DNA of 64,000 nucleotides, taken from contig DATGKN010000092.1 of the NCBI GenBank assembly GCA_035294645.1, positions 994-64,993 on the forward strand, in the 5' to 3' direction. The translations under genes were made by a program, and so were the position numbers. Below, piece by piece: positions 1 to 9,024 of this stretch. The notes under the pieces are model-generated. The model worked only from the letters and a program-made list of their open reading frames with translations, was not told the DNA's origin and did no database searches. The DNA is from Chloroflexota bacterium (GTDB taxonomy: Bacteria > Chloroflexota > UBA6077 > JAJPHF01). The first letter of the stretch is position 1. The number at the start of each line of letters is the position of its first letter.

Positions 1-361
1 TGACGTCCATCATCGCGACCTCTTCCGCCACGCGCAGCGGATGATCGCGCAGCGGGAGCGCGTTGCCGACTAGTGCGATCTTGATCCGGCGTGTGCGCGC
101 GACCAGCATGCTAGCGATGATATTGGGGGCGGGCATCAGGCCGTAGGCGTTCTGGTGGTGCTCGTTGACACAGACGCCGTCGAAGCCGAGCCGCTCGGCC
201 GCGACCAGTTGCTCGAGGTAGTCGTTGTACAGCTTGTGGCCCCGCTCGGGATCGAAGAAGCGGTTGGGGAAATCGACCCAGGCGCTGTGGTAGTGGGTCT
301 CGAAATCCGCCGGCAGGTAGGGCCAAGGCATCAGATGGAAGCAGTAGAACGCGGCGGTCAT
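1..361 (-). CDS. LLM-class (luciferase-like) flavin-dependent oxidoreductase, N-terminal part; gene continues beyond left edge
   Basis: Runs off the window so absent from ORF track. My reverse translation from ATG (359-361) reads MTAAFYCFHLMPWPYLPADFETHYHSAWVDFPNRFFDPERGHKLYNDYLEQLVAAERLGFDGVCVNEHHQNAYGLMPAPN...PLRVAEEVAMMD. The NEHH and PLRVAEE blocks are typical of LLM enzymes. Paralogous to 6955-8034. Confidence 0.75.
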   Translation of the reverse strand, partial: MTAAFYCFHLMPWPYLPADFETHYHSAWVDFPNRFFDPERGHKLYNDYLEQLVAAERLGFDGVCVNEHHQNAYGLMPAPNIIASMLVARTRRIKIALVGNALPLRDHPLRVAEEVAMMDV

Positions 362-389
362 CGGTTTTCCCCTGTGACTCTCTCGGCTG

Positions 390-1187
390 CTACCGCGCGG
401 CGCACTCGCTGACGAAGCGGCTGATGGCATCCGCGCACTGTTCCGGCCGCTCGATAGGGGGAAGGTGCCCGCAGTCGGGCAGCACGAGCAGGCGCGCCTC
501 GGGCAGCCCGGCGCGCCACGCCGCGGCCATCGCCAGTGGGAACAGGCGATCCTCGGCCCCCCACAAGAGTTGGGTAGGCACGCGGACACGGTGCAGCCGC
601 TGGCTCAACTTGGGGTCGTACAGATACGGGTTCCAGGCCACGCGGGCCAGGGTAACCTGCCCCTTGAGGCGCTGGGCCGCCAGTTCGGGTGTCTCGGGCA
701 CCGCGAGCAGCCGCTCGGCTAAGGCGGGGTCGTGCACCAGCAGGCGCACGATCTGCGCGGGGTCGAGCACGAACAGGTCGGGCACCTCGCAGCCCGGCAG
801 GTACAGCCCCGCCGGATCGATGAGCGTCAGGCTCTTCAGCCGGTGCGAGGCCCACACCGCGAGTTCCGCGGCGATCCAGCCGCCGAGCGACAGCCCGGCC
901 ACGTGCACGCGCTCCAGGCCGAGGGCATCGAGCAGGTCCAGGTAGTGGATCACGAAGTCCTGGACCGTGTCCAGCCAGTGCGGCCGATCGGTGCGCCCGA
1001 AGCCGAGCAGGTCGGGCGCCAGGAGGTGACAGCCGGCGGCCAACCGCGCGTGAAACGGCAACCAGACGTTGGTAATGCCAGCCCCATGCAGATACAGCAG
1101 CGGCTCGCCCGCCCCGCCCGCGAGCAAGTGCACGCGTACGTCGCGGACGACGAGCGTCTCATCCTGATAGCTGGCCACGTTGGTCAT
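390..1187 (-). CDS. alpha/beta hydrolase (meta-cleavage-product-hydrolase-like)
   Basis: ORF 390-1238. Start moved to ATG 1187 (MTNVASYQ), preceded by a GGGGGGAGCG SD-like run. HGAG oxyanion motif, nucleophile elbow GLSLGGW, C-terminal CGH catalytic His region. Confidence 0.8.
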   Translation of the reverse strand: MTNVASYQDETLVVRDVRVHLLAGGAGEPLLYLHGAGITNVWLPFHARLAAGCHLLAPDLLGFGRTDRPHWLDTVQDFVIHYLDLLDALGLERVHVAGLSLGGWIAAELAVWASHRLKSLTLIDPAGLYLPGCEVPDLFVLDPAQIVRLLVHDPALAERLLAVPETPELAAQRLKGQVTLARVAWNPYLYDPKLSQRLHRVRVPTQLLWGAEDRLFPLAMAAAWRAGLPEARLLVLPDCGHLPPIERPEQCADAISRFVSECAAR

Positions 1188-1209
1188 CGACGTCGCTCCC
1201 CCCGGCGGC

Positions 1210-2505
1210 TTACTCGGGGATTGGGCGCCACGCGCCATCCTGGGCGATGAGCGGGTAGAAGTCCCAGGTCACACGCCCCTGGGCGGTGATCTCCTTCGGC
1301 CGCAGCACGCCCGGGAAGTCTTTGATAGCCATGAGCGCCTGCCGCGTCCGCTCCCGCGCCTCGGCGATCGGGGTGCTGCCGGTGATGCCCGCGTTGCGCA
1401 TCGCCTGCACGAGAATCGAGGCATCATCGTACGTCTGGATCTCGCAGGCGAAGCCAATGTCGCTGCTATCGGCGCTCGGGTTGTCCGCCCGCATCTCGGC
1501 GGCGTACTGCGTCAGCCACTCATGGACACGGGGCTGATCGGCTAGCGCCGGGCTGTAGAAGAACGTCTGGATCATGCCGTCGCCTGTCTTGCCCAGGAGC
1601 TTGGCCAGCGGCGGCACGGTCTGCAGGTGCGCCGAGGTGACCACTGGCAGGTGCGTGCCCTGGCGCTCCAGCTCCTGGAGCAAGCTGGGCCCGGCTGGCG
1701 ACAGCGCGCTCAGGGCGATGCCCTCGGCACCCGAGGCCCGGATGCGGGTGGCGATAGGGCTGAAGTCGGTAGTGTTGAACTGGAAGGTGATCGTATCCAC
1801 GATCGCGTAGCCGCGCTCTGGCAGGACCTTGGGCCAGACATCGCGGAGGGTGACAGCAGTTACGGCCGTTTGGGAGTCGCCGACCACCACCATGCGGTGC
1901 ACATTGGGATACACCTTTTTGAAAGCGTCGAGTGCGATCGACACGGTGCGCTCCTCGGAGCTGTCCGCCAGGAACGCCCACTCGTTCAGCTCCACGACGC
2001 CCGGATGGGTGGCGGCGGGCGTCAGCGGTAGCAGCGGCAGCTTCAGCTCCTTGAGCAGCGGCACGGCGGCCTGCATCTCGCCCGTGTAGTACGGTCCGAG
2101 CAGCGCCACGACTTTGTCGTCATTCGCCAGCCGCCGCAGCCCGGTCACGGTTTGGTTCGGGTTATTGGGGCTGTCGATGGTCACCAGCTCCAACGGGCTC
2201 CCGTTGATCCCGCCGGTGGCGTTAGTCTCCTTCACCACCAACGCGGGCGCGTACTTCAGCGCGGCGCCGTAGGGCGCCACCGGGCCGCTGAGCGGCGCGA
2301 TGAAGCCGATCTTCACCGGCGGCCCACTGAGCCCTCCAGCCGCCTGCCCCGGGGCGGGCGCGGTATTGGCGGGCGGGGGGCCGCCCGGCTGAGCAGCCGC
2401 CGGGGCCGCACCACGGCCGGTGTCACCTCCGCCAGCCGCGCAGGCGCTGAGGAGCAGCGCCAGGACCGGGCACCATCTACGCAGCGACTGCATCGCGGGC
2501 TTCAT
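1210..2505 (-). CDS. ABC transporter substrate-binding lipoprotein, Leu/Ile/Val-binding (HAAT) family
   Basis: C-terminal 431 aa of ORF 1210-3528. ATG 2505 preceded by GAGAGGAGAG. Signal peptide with lipobox LLLSAC. KIGFIAPLSGP... type I periplasmic-binding-protein sequence. Confidence 0.85.
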   Translation of the reverse strand: MKPAMQSLRRWCPVLALLLSACAAGGGDTGRGAAPAAAQPGGPPPANTAPAPGQAAGGLSGPPVKIGFIAPLSGPVAPYGAALKYAPALVVKETNATGGINGSPLELVTIDSPNNPNQTVTGLRRLANDDKVVALLGPYYTGEMQAAVPLLKELKLPLLPLTPAATHPGVVELNEWAFLADSSEERTVSIALDAFKKVYPNVHRMVVVGDSQTAVTAVTLRDVWPKVLPERGYAIVDTITFQFNTTDFSPIATRIRASGAEGIALSALSPAGPSLLQELERQGTHLPVVTSAHLQTVPPLAKLLGKTGDGMIQTFFYSPALADQPRVHEWLTQYAAEMRADNPSADSSDIGFACEIQTYDDASILVQAMRNAGITGSTPIAEARERTRQALMAIKDFPGVLRPKEITAQGRVTWDFYPLIAQDGAWRPIPE

Positions 2506-3425
2506 GGGCTCTCTCCTCTCGCTCCAACAGCGCCGGGGGACGCGTCGCCAGGCACCGCCGTAGGCGACCGCCCCGCCGCCCGCGGCCAGCGGGGCTGCAG
2601 GCGGCGGAGCCATGCGCCGAGCCGTCGCTGCATGTACGGGGTATACAGCCCCTGCGGGCGCAGCGCGATCAACGCCATGACCGTCAGGCCGAACACCAGC
2701 AGCCGCCACTCCTGCAGCGGCTGGAAGTACTCGGGCAGCAGCGTGACGATCGCCGCGCCCAGCACGGGGCCAACGACCGTGCCCGCGCCGCCGATGGCCA
2801 CGTAGAACGCGGGCCACACCGATTGGAAGAAGCCGAACAGCTCGGGCGAGATGAAGTAGGTGTAGTGGCCGTACAGCGCGCCCGCTAGGGCGGCGAATGC
2901 CGCGCCCAGGCTGAACGACAGCAACTTCAGGTACGTGGTGTTCAGCCCCAGCGTGCTGGCCACGACCTCGTGCTCGCGGACGGCCTGGAGCGACTTGGCG
3001 AGTCGCGAATGCTGCAGCCGCAGGAGCAGCACGCCCAGCACCGCGACGCAGAGGTACACCCCGGGCAGCGTGGTGCCGGTGAGCCCGTAGAAGCCCGTCT
3101 GCGCGCCGGTGTACTCGAGGTTGACGAAGAAGTTCTCCACCAGAAAGGCGAACGCGATCGTGGCCAGCGCCAGGTACACGCCGCGCATCCGCAGCGCCGG
3201 GAGGCCGACCAGCCCACCCGCCACCGCCCCCACGACGACGGCCAGCAACAGGCCCACCCCGTACGGCAGCCCGAGCTTCACGGTGGCGATCCCCGCCGTG
3301 TACGCGCCCAGCGCCATGAAGCCCGCGTTGCCGAACGAGAACTGGCCGGACATCAGCATCACGTAGAAGCTCCACCCCATCAGGATGTTGATGCCCAGCA
3401 AGACGAATACCGACGGATCGACCAT
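2502..3425 (-). CDS. branched-chain-amino-acid-type ABC permease (LivM-like)
   Basis: Real part of ORF 2502-4430 starting MVDPSVFVLLGINIL. SD GGTGGGGGGA. Polytopic, FGNAGFMALGAYTAG motif. Stop overlaps the SBP start by 4 nt. Confidence 0.85.
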   Translation of the reverse strand: MVDPSVFVLLGINILMGWSFYVMLMSGQFSFGNAGFMALGAYTAGIATVKLGLPYGVGLLLAVVVGAVAGGLVGLPALRMRGVYLALATIAFAFLVENFFVNLEYTGAQTGFYGLTGTTLPGVYLCVAVLGVLLLRLQHSRLAKSLQAVREHEVVASTLGLNTTYLKLLSFSLGAAFAALAGALYGHYTYFISPELFGFFQSVWPAFYVAIGGAGTVVGPVLGAAIVTLLPEYFQPLQEWRLLVFGLTVMALIALRPQGLYTPYMQRRLGAWLRRLQPRWPRAAGRSPTAVPGDASPGAVGARGESP

Positions 3426-3439
3426 TCCCCCCACCCCGG

Positions 3440-4318
3440 CTAGATCGACTCGCGCTGGAGGCGAGTGCCCAGCAGGCCCGATGGCTTGCACAACAGCACG
3501 ACGAGCAGCAGCACCCACGCGGCCACACTGGAGTACGCCTGCGACAGGAACGCCAGCGCCATGACGTCCACCAACCCCACCAGCAGGCCCGCGACCATCG
3601 CGCCGCGGACGTTGCCCAGCCCGCCGAGCACCATCACCGCCAGGGCGCGCAGCCCGTACGACAGCCCCACGTTCGGATCGGCCAGCCCGATCCGCATCGC
3701 CAGCAGCATCCCCGCGAGTGCCGCCAGCACGCCCGACAGCAGGAACGCCCACACCACTGTGGCGCGTACATTCACCCCGAGCAACTGCGCCACGTCGCGC
3801 TGCTCGGCCACGGCCCGCAGCGCGTAGCCCATCCGCGTGTGCTGGAGCAGGTAGTCCACCCCCAGCATCAGCCCGAACGATAGCCCCAGGATGACGAGCT
3901 GGATACTGGAGACCTGGAACAGGCCCAAGTCGAAAGTCGCGCCGGTGACCAGCGGCGGGAGCCGGCGCGGCTCGGCCCCCCAGACCTTGGCGACTAGCTC
4001 GGTGAGCACGAGGGCGAACGCCACCGAGGAGATAGCGGGCGCCAGCTCGTCCCGCAGGTGCTCGGCGGGCCGAAAACACAGGCGCTCGGTCGCCAGCCCC
4101 AACACGGCCCCGCCCACGATCACCACGGCGATGGCCGCCGGCAGCGGTAGCGCCAGCGTGCCCACCGCGCTGAACAGCAGGAACCCACCGAGCACACACA
4201 CATTCGGATGCGCGAAGTTGAGCAGGCGCAGCACGCCGAACACCAGCGTGTAGCCGATAGCCACCAGCGCGTAGTTGCTGCCCAGCATGAGGGCGTTGAC
4301 GAGCTGCTGGCCGATCAC
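3440..4318 (-). CDS. branched-chain-amino-acid-type ABC permease (LivH-like)
   Basis: Real part of ORF 3440-4690. GTG 4318 overlaps the upstream stop (GTGA). [37 protein letters not shown] is a classic LivH N-terminus. Confidence 0.85.
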   Translation of the reverse strand: MIGQQLVNALMLGSNYALVAIGYTLVFGVLRLLNFAHPNVCVLGGFLLFSAVGTLALPLPAAIAVVIVGGAVLGLATERLCFRPAEHLRDELAPAISSVAFALVLTELVAKVWGAEPRRLPPLVTGATFDLGLFQVSSIQLVILGLSFGLMLGVDYLLQHTRMGYALRAVAEQRDVAQLLGVNVRATVVWAFLLSGVLAALAGMLLAMRIGLADPNVGLSYGLRALAVMVLGGLGNVRGAMVAGLLVGLVDVMALAFLSQAYSSVAAWVLLLVVLLCKPSGLLGTRLQRESI

Positions 4319-5064
4319 GTGGCCCCCCCCGGGGCCGCGCGGCGCCCGAGATAGGCGCGGACCAGCCCCTCGTCGGTGAGCAGGGCGCGTGCGGGGCCAT
4401 CCAGCACCACCCGGCCCAGCTCCAGGACATAGCCGCGGTCGGCCAGGCGTAGGGCCGCGCGCGTGTTCTGCTCGACCAACAGCACCGCGGCGCGCTCGCG
4501 GATCGCGGCGATCAGCTGGAACACCTCGGCGACCAGGCGCGGCGCCAACCCCAGCGACGGCTCGTCGAGCAGGATCAGGCGGGGGCGAGCCATCCAGGCA
4601 CGGGCGATCGCCAACATCTGCTGCTGGCCACCCGACAGCAGCGCCGCCGGCTGGTGACGGCGCTCGTGCAGGATCGGGAAGCGCTCGCACAGCTCGGCGA
4701 GGTCGCGGGCGATCTCGCCATCGCGGCGAGTATAGGCGCCCATGCGCAGGTTCTCCAGCACTGTCATTCGTCCGAGAATGCCGCGCCCCTCCGGGACGTG
4801 CGCCAGGCCGGCCGCGGCGATGGCGTGCGGCGGCACGCGGGTGAGCTCGCGGCCGGCGAACCAGATCGCCCCCGCACTCGGCCGCAGCAGCCCGGAGATC
4901 GTCCGCAGCAGCGTGGTCTTCCCGGCGCCATTGGCGCCCAGCACCGCCACCACCTCGCCGGGGTACACGGTGAGCGACACGTCGCGCAGAGCGACGACCG
5001 GCCCGTAGCTAACCCGCAGGCCCTCGATGCGCAGCAGCGGTGGCGACGTCGTCTTCGCGTCCAA
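4315..5064 (-). CDS. ABC transporter ATP-binding protein (LivF-like)
   Basis: Walker [10 protein letters not shown], signature LSGGQQQ, Walker B LILLDEPS. Start at 5064 overlaps LivG-like by 56 nt; a later start is possible. Confidence 0.85.
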   Translation of the reverse strand: MDAKTTSPPLLRIEGLRVSYGPVVALRDVSLTVYPGEVVAVLGANGAGKTTLLRTISGLLRPSAGAIWFAGRELTRVPPHAIAAAGLAHVPEGRGILGRMTVLENLRMGAYTRRDGEIARDLAELCERFPILHERRHQPAALLSGGQQQMLAIARAWMARPRLILLDEPSLGLAPRLVAEVFQLIAAIRERAAVLLVEQNTRAALRLADRGYVLELGRVVLDGPARALLTDEGLVRAYLGRRAAPGGAT

Positions 5065-5803
5065 GATACGCTTCCAGCACGAGCGGATCGTTCTGGATCG
5101 CCGCGGGGGGCCCCTCGGCGATGACCTCCCCGAAGTTGAGCACCGCGATGCGGTCGCATACCTCCATCACGACTGACATATCGTGCTCGATCAGAACCAC
5201 GGTGATGCCGCGCTCGCGGATACGCCGGATATCGGCAGCTAGCGCCCGGCTCTCCTCCTCGTTGCAGCCCGCGGCGGGCTCGTCGAGGAGCAGCAGGCGC
5301 GGGTGGCTGGCCAGCGCGCGCGCCACCTCGACCCGCCGCTGGATAGCGTACGGCAGCTCGCTGGCGGTGGCGTGCGCATAGGACGCCAAGTCGAGCCACT
5401 CCAGCGTGTGCAGCGCCGCGCGCCGCAGCGCGGCCTCGCGGCGGTCGGCGAACACGGGCAGCAGGCTGCGGAGGCCCGTGTGGGCGAAGCGGCTCTGGCC
5501 CAGGAGCACGTTGTCCAGCACCGTCATCCCCGCGAACAACTGCACGCTCTGGAAGGTGCGTGCCACCCCGAGACGCGCGATCGCCGCGGGCCGCCAGCCC
5601 GTCACATCCCGCGCCCCCACGTAGATGTGGCCCGCAGACACCGGATAGATGCCGTTGATCAAGTTGAACAGGGTGGACTTGCCGGCGCCATTCGGCCCGA
5701 TCAGGCCGTAGATCGCCCCCTCCGGCACCGTCAGGCAGACATGCGAGAGCGCGGTCACGCCCCCGAAGTGTTTCGAGACCTCTAGCAGGCGTAGGGCGCT
5801 CAT
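5009..5803 (-). CDS. ABC transporter ATP-binding protein (LivG-like)
   Basis: ORF 5009-5848. Start moved to ATG 5803 (MSALRLLEVSKHFGG) with a GGAG upstream. Walker A GPNGAGKST, Walker B LLLLDEPAAG. Confidence 0.85.
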   Translation of the reverse strand: MSALRLLEVSKHFGGVTALSHVCLTVPEGAIYGLIGPNGAGKSTLFNLINGIYPVSAGHIYVGARDVTGWRPAAIARLGVARTFQSVQLFAGMTVLDNVLLGQSRFAHTGLRSLLPVFADRREAALRRAALHTLEWLDLASYAHATASELPYAIQRRVEVARALASHPRLLLLDEPAAGCNEEESRALAADIRRIRERGITVVLIEHDMSVVMEVCDRIAVLNFGEVIAEGPPAAIQNDPLVLEAYLGREDDVATAAAHRGPAG

Positions 5804-5822
5804 CGCCGGCTCCGCGGGCACG

Positions 5823-6935
5823 CTACAGGCCGTAGAAGCGGCGGGCATTCTCCCCTAGGATCTTGCGCTTCTGCGCGTCGGTGAGGTCATCGCGCTCGGC
5901 GATGTCCTGCAGCGAGTTCTCGCGCGCCTCCATGTGCGGCATATCGGCCGACGCCATCACCTGGTCGTCCCCCAGCCACTGAAGCACCGTGGGGAGCAGG
6001 CGCTCGTCCCCCTCGCAGGTCAGGTACACGTGGCCGCGCCGGAGGTAGTGGCTGGGCGGCTCGGGCGCCAGGGTGGCCCAGCCGAGCCGTGCGTCCACGC
6101 TATAGTACTGGTCCATACGCTGGATCAGGTACGGCAGCCAATCCGCGCCCGCCTCCAGGAAGCAGACGCGCAGCTCCGGGTGGCGCGCCAGGATGCCGCC
6201 GCCCAGGAAGCTGAAGAAGGCCATCAGCACGGGCAGCGTGAACCCCACGAGCTGGGCGGCGAACACGTCCGTGCCGCTGGCGAGCAGGCCCGGATGGCTC
6301 CAGCCCGTGTGCACGACCACGGGGACGCCCAGCCGCGCCGCCTCCGCCCAGAACGGGTCGAAGCGCGGCTCGTGCAGCATCGTCTCCCCCACCGTGCCGT
6401 ACATCACGGCCGCGACCGCGCCCAGCTCGCGTGTGCGCCGCAACTCGGCGATAGCGTCGGGCACGCTGTGCAGGGGCATCACGGCGGCCCACTTGAGGCG
6501 GTCGGGGGCCTCGGCGCACCGGGCAGCCAGCCAGGTGTTGTAGCTGCGCATCAGCGCCGTCAGGTACGCGTCGTCGCTGCTCAGCCGCTCCAGAAAGACG
6601 GTGGGGTACAGGACCTGGATGTCGATGCCGGCGCGGTCTAAGTCTTCGAGGCGCGCATGCACATCGCTCAGTGTCTGACTGGCGATGCTGAACGGCTTGG
6701 CGTAGGCGAGGGTGGAGACCGGCGGCGTGGCGTACACCGTGGTGCCGCGGCCGCGCAGGCGGGGATAGGTGTGGCCGTCGATCAACCAGAAGGCGTCCTG
6801 CACCGTCAGGCCGGGGGCACCGCGCTTATCTACCACGAGTGGCGGCCGCGCCGCGTAGGGTGGCTCCAGGAACTGCCAGGTCTGCTCGCACTCCTCGACA
6901 TGCGAATCGGCATCGATCACCAGCGGACGCGCCAT
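5823..6935 (-). CDS. amidohydrolase_2 family metal-dependent hydrolase/decarboxylase (ACMSD-like)
   Basis: 370-aa ORF. N-terminal VIDADSHV metal-binding motif, HTGW, C-terminal ILGENARRFYGL. Typical PF04909-type layout. Confidence 0.8.
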   Translation of the reverse strand: MARPLVIDADSHVEECEQTWQFLEPPYAARPPLVVDKRGAPGLTVQDAFWLIDGHTYPRLRGRGTTVYATPPVSTLAYAKPFSIASQTLSDVHARLEDLDRAGIDIQVLYPTVFLERLSSDDAYLTALMRSYNTWLAARCAEAPDRLKWAAVMPLHSVPDAIAELRRTRELGAVAAVMYGTVGETMLHEPRFDPFWAEAARLGVPVVVHTGWSHPGLLASGTDVFAAQLVGFTLPVLMAFFSFLGGGILARHPELRVCFLEAGADWLPYLIQRMDQYYSVDARLGWATLAPEPPSHYLRRGHVYLTCEGDERLLPTVLQWLGDDQVMASADMPHMEARENSLQDIAERDDLTDAQKRKILGENARRFYGL

Positions 6936-6954
6936 GGCCTCGCTCCCCCTTCGC

Positions 6955-8034
6955 TCAGGCCATCGGCACGGGGCGCTGGAACGCTGGCATCACCTGCGTC
7001 GCCAGCCGCTCCATGACGCGCCGCACCTCAGCCATCTCCAGGCCGCCCAAGCAGACATTGGCGGCCAGGTAGGTCAGCCCCAGGTCCTCGCGGAGACTGG
7101 CGAGTACTTCGATACACTCAGCGGGTGGCCCGGCGATCACTCGCCGCTGGGCGAGCAGCGTGTCGATATCCAGCGTGCGCACCTCGCCGCGCGAGCGCAC
7201 ATGCGCGCTGAACGCTGCGGGTAGCGGCAGGTGCGCCGTGCGCGCGTGGATCTCGCCGGCGGCGGCGCGGTAGCGGTTGAGCCCCTCGGCGGCCACCGCC
7301 CGGCTCGTCGCGCGGTCCGGGCCTACGTAGACGTGATACGCGCCCAACACCTCGCGCGTGGCCGGATCGTGGCCCGCCGCCCGCAGCGCCTCGCGGTACA
7401 GCGCGACTTTCTCCCGTAGCTCGGCCACCTCGTGTAGGAAAGGGATCAGCATCAGGTGATAGCCGCGCTGCCCCGCGAGCTGGAATGTCTCGGGCGTGGT
7501 CGTCGCCGCCAGCCACACCGGCGGGTGCGGTTGCTGCACGGGGCGCGGCAGCACGGTGAGCGGCGGGAAGCGGGTGAACTGCCCCGCGTAGGCGAGCTCC
7601 GGCTCGGTCCAGGCGCGCAGGACGATCTCCAACGCCTCGGCGAACTTGGCGCGCGCCGTCTCCAAGGGCGCATGCCACACCTCGTTCTCCCAGCGCAGGA
7701 ACCCGGTGCCCACCCCGAAGTCGAATCGGCCCTCGCTCAGCACGTCGAGCGTGGCGTAGTCTTCGGCCACGCGCAGCGGGTGGTGGTAGGGCAGCAGGAC
7801 GACGGCCGTGCCGATCCGCAGGCGCTGTGTGCGAGCGGCGATGGCACAGCCCACGGCGGCGGGGCTGGAGAGTACCCCCCCGAACCCGTGGAAGTGATGC
7901 TCCGCCAGCCAAACGCCCTCGAACCCCAGTGCCTCGGCCAGTACCGCCTGCTCCACGATCTCGCGCAACAGGTCAGGAGGAGCCGGCCCGACCGTGCTCG
8001 GGTAGGTGGGCAGATAAAACAGCCCGAACCGCAT
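6955..8034 (-). CDS. LLM-class flavin-dependent oxidoreductase
   Basis: Real part of ORF 6955-8262 from ATG 8034 (MRFGLFYLPTYP), SD GGTGGGGG. WLAEHHF and HPLRVAEDYATLDVLSEGRFDFGVGTG motifs. Confidence 0.8.
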   Translation of the reverse strand: MRFGLFYLPTYPSTVGPAPPDLLREIVEQAVLAEALGFEGVWLAEHHFHGFGGVLSSPAAVGCAIAARTQRLRIGTAVVLLPYHHPLRVAEDYATLDVLSEGRFDFGVGTGFLRWENEVWHAPLETARAKFAEALEIVLRAWTEPELAYAGQFTRFPPLTVLPRPVQQPHPPVWLAATTTPETFQLAGQRGYHLMLIPFLHEVAELREKVALYREALRAAGHDPATREVLGAYHVYVGPDRATSRAVAAEGLNRYRAAAGEIHARTAHLPLPAAFSAHVRSRGEVRTLDIDTLLAQRRVIAGPPAECIEVLASLREDLGLTYLAANVCLGGLEMAEVRRVMERLATQVMPAFQRPVPMA

Positions 8035-8062
8035 CCCCCACCGACCAAACGATGGTGCACCG

Positions 8063-8091
8063 ATTAGAGCACGGGCGGCGGGGGCTGTCAA
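8063..8091 (-). promoter_or_regulatory. sigma-70-type promoter for the LLM/amidohydrolase/ABC operon
   Basis: Minus strand reads TTGACA (8091-8086), 17-nt spacer, TCTAAT (8068-8063), about 25 nt upstream of ATG 8034. Confidence 0.45.
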
Positions 8092-8328
8092 TAGATAGGA
8101 CGATACTCCCGAGTTCTGCGCCCCGGCGGCGACGAGCGGGGAGAGCGAGCTGCACCTGTCCTGCAGCCCGGCGGCTGTGCCGGGCTGCAGGGGCGGCAGG
8201 CCGTGAGAGCGCCGCAGGCGCGAGCTCGCCTTCCTCTCAGCTCCGTGGCGAGCCAGTGCCACCCCGGCGCGGCGACCGGGGGCAGGGCGCGGGGCAGTGC
8301 GGAGGCGGCCTCCACGGGGACGGCCGAG

Positions 8329-8357
8329 TTGCCCTGTACGACTCCGCTTGCTATACT
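8329..8357 (+). promoter_or_regulatory. sigma-70-type promoter of tRNA-Leu
   Basis: TTGCCC (8329-8334), 17-nt spacer, TATACT (8352-8357). The tRNA 5' end lies 12 nt downstream. Confidence 0.6.
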
Positions 8358-8368
8358 ATAGGCGTCCT

Positions 8369-8452
8369 GCCGAAGTGGCGGAACTGGTAGACGCGCTACG
8401 TTCAGGGCGTAGTGGGCGCACGCCCGTCGGGGTTCGACTCCCCGCTTCGGCA
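8369..8452 (+). tRNA. tRNA-Leu (anticodon CAG), type II with long variable arm; CCA not encoded
   Basis: Hand-folded: acceptor GCCGAAG/CTTCGGC, D arm GCG-GAACTGGTAGA-CGC, anticodon stem CTACG/CGTAG with loop TTCAGGG, 15-nt variable arm, T arm CGGGG-TTCGACT-CCCCG, discriminator A. 84 nt. Confidence 0.95.
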
Positions 8453-8465
8453 CTTGCTCCTCCTA

Positions 8466-8491
8466 TCTGGCGGCACGCCGCCAGATTTTTT
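8466..8491 (+). terminator. intrinsic terminator after tRNA-Leu
   Basis: Stem TCTGGCGG / CCGCCAGA with CACG loop, followed by TTTTTT. Confidence 0.75.
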
Positions 8492-8547
8492 GTTGCATCG
8501 GGCCCGCCCCCCGGCTGGCGGGGCGGCCTGTAGGCGGAGGTGCCGCG

Positions 8548-9024
8548 ATGGCCGTGCCGTTTGAGCCCCCCGTTCCCGCGCTCCAGCATCTAGCCCGCTT
8601 CGAGGTCGAGGTGGGCGACCCGCTCGAGCTGGGCGAGACACCCGCTGGGCGCCGCCGTATCATCCCCATCCAGGGCGGCCGCTTCCAGGGCCCTGCTTTC
8701 CAGGGGACGATCCTGCCGGGTGGCGCCGATTGGCAGCTCGTCCTCGCCGACGGCACCGCCGTCATCGATACCCGCTACACGCTGCGCACCGCCGACGACG
8801 CGCTCATCTACATTACTACTCGGGGCTACCGCAGCGGCAGCCCCGAGGTGCTCGCCCGTATCGCTGCGGGTGAGCCGGTCGATCCGCGCCGCTACTACTT
8901 CCGCGTACTGGTCGGCTTCGAGACCGGTCACCCCGCCTATCGGTGGCTCACCACACGCGTGTGCGTGGGCGCCGCCTTGCGGTTGAAGAACCTGGTCGTG
9001 TACGACGCCTACCAGCTCACTTGA
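8548..9024 (+). CDS. DUF3237 (UPF0311) family protein
   Basis: 158-aa ORF, SD GGCGGAGGTG. GETPAGRRRIIPIQGGRFQGPAFQGTILPGGADWQ matches the DUF3237 signature as I remember it. Confidence 0.7.
   Translation: MAVPFEPPVPALQHLARFEVEVGDPLELGETPAGRRRIIPIQGGRFQGPAFQGTILPGGADWQLVLADGTAVIDTRYTLRTADDALIYITTRGYRSGSPEVLARIAAGEPVDPRRYYFRVLVGFETGHPAYRWLTTRVCVGAALRLKNLVVYDAYQLT

Noticed and set aside
1210-4690. Apparent giant fusion ORFs (772 aa, 642 aa, 416 aa) in the ABC transporter region, and similar ones in the island (19498-21321, 51087-53210, 53356-55224, 54816-56243, 45517-46968)
   Set aside because: The N-terminal extensions overlap the upstream gene in another frame and are compositionally junk. 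Internal ATG/GTG starts with SD-like runs or ATGA/GTGA overlaps give proteins of canonical length.
5009-5064. 56-nt overlap between the LivG-like and LivF-like genes as a sign of frameshift or pseudogenisation
   Set aside because: Both proteins are full length with intact Walker and signature motifs. The overlap probably reflects an uncertain LivF-like start codon.
8369-8452. tRNA-Leu as an integration site for a genomic island or prophage
   Set aside because: No integrase, excisionase or phage genes flank it, and I did not spot a direct repeat of the tRNA 3' end nearby. The glycan island begins 12.7 kb away. My repeat scan by eye is not exhaustive.
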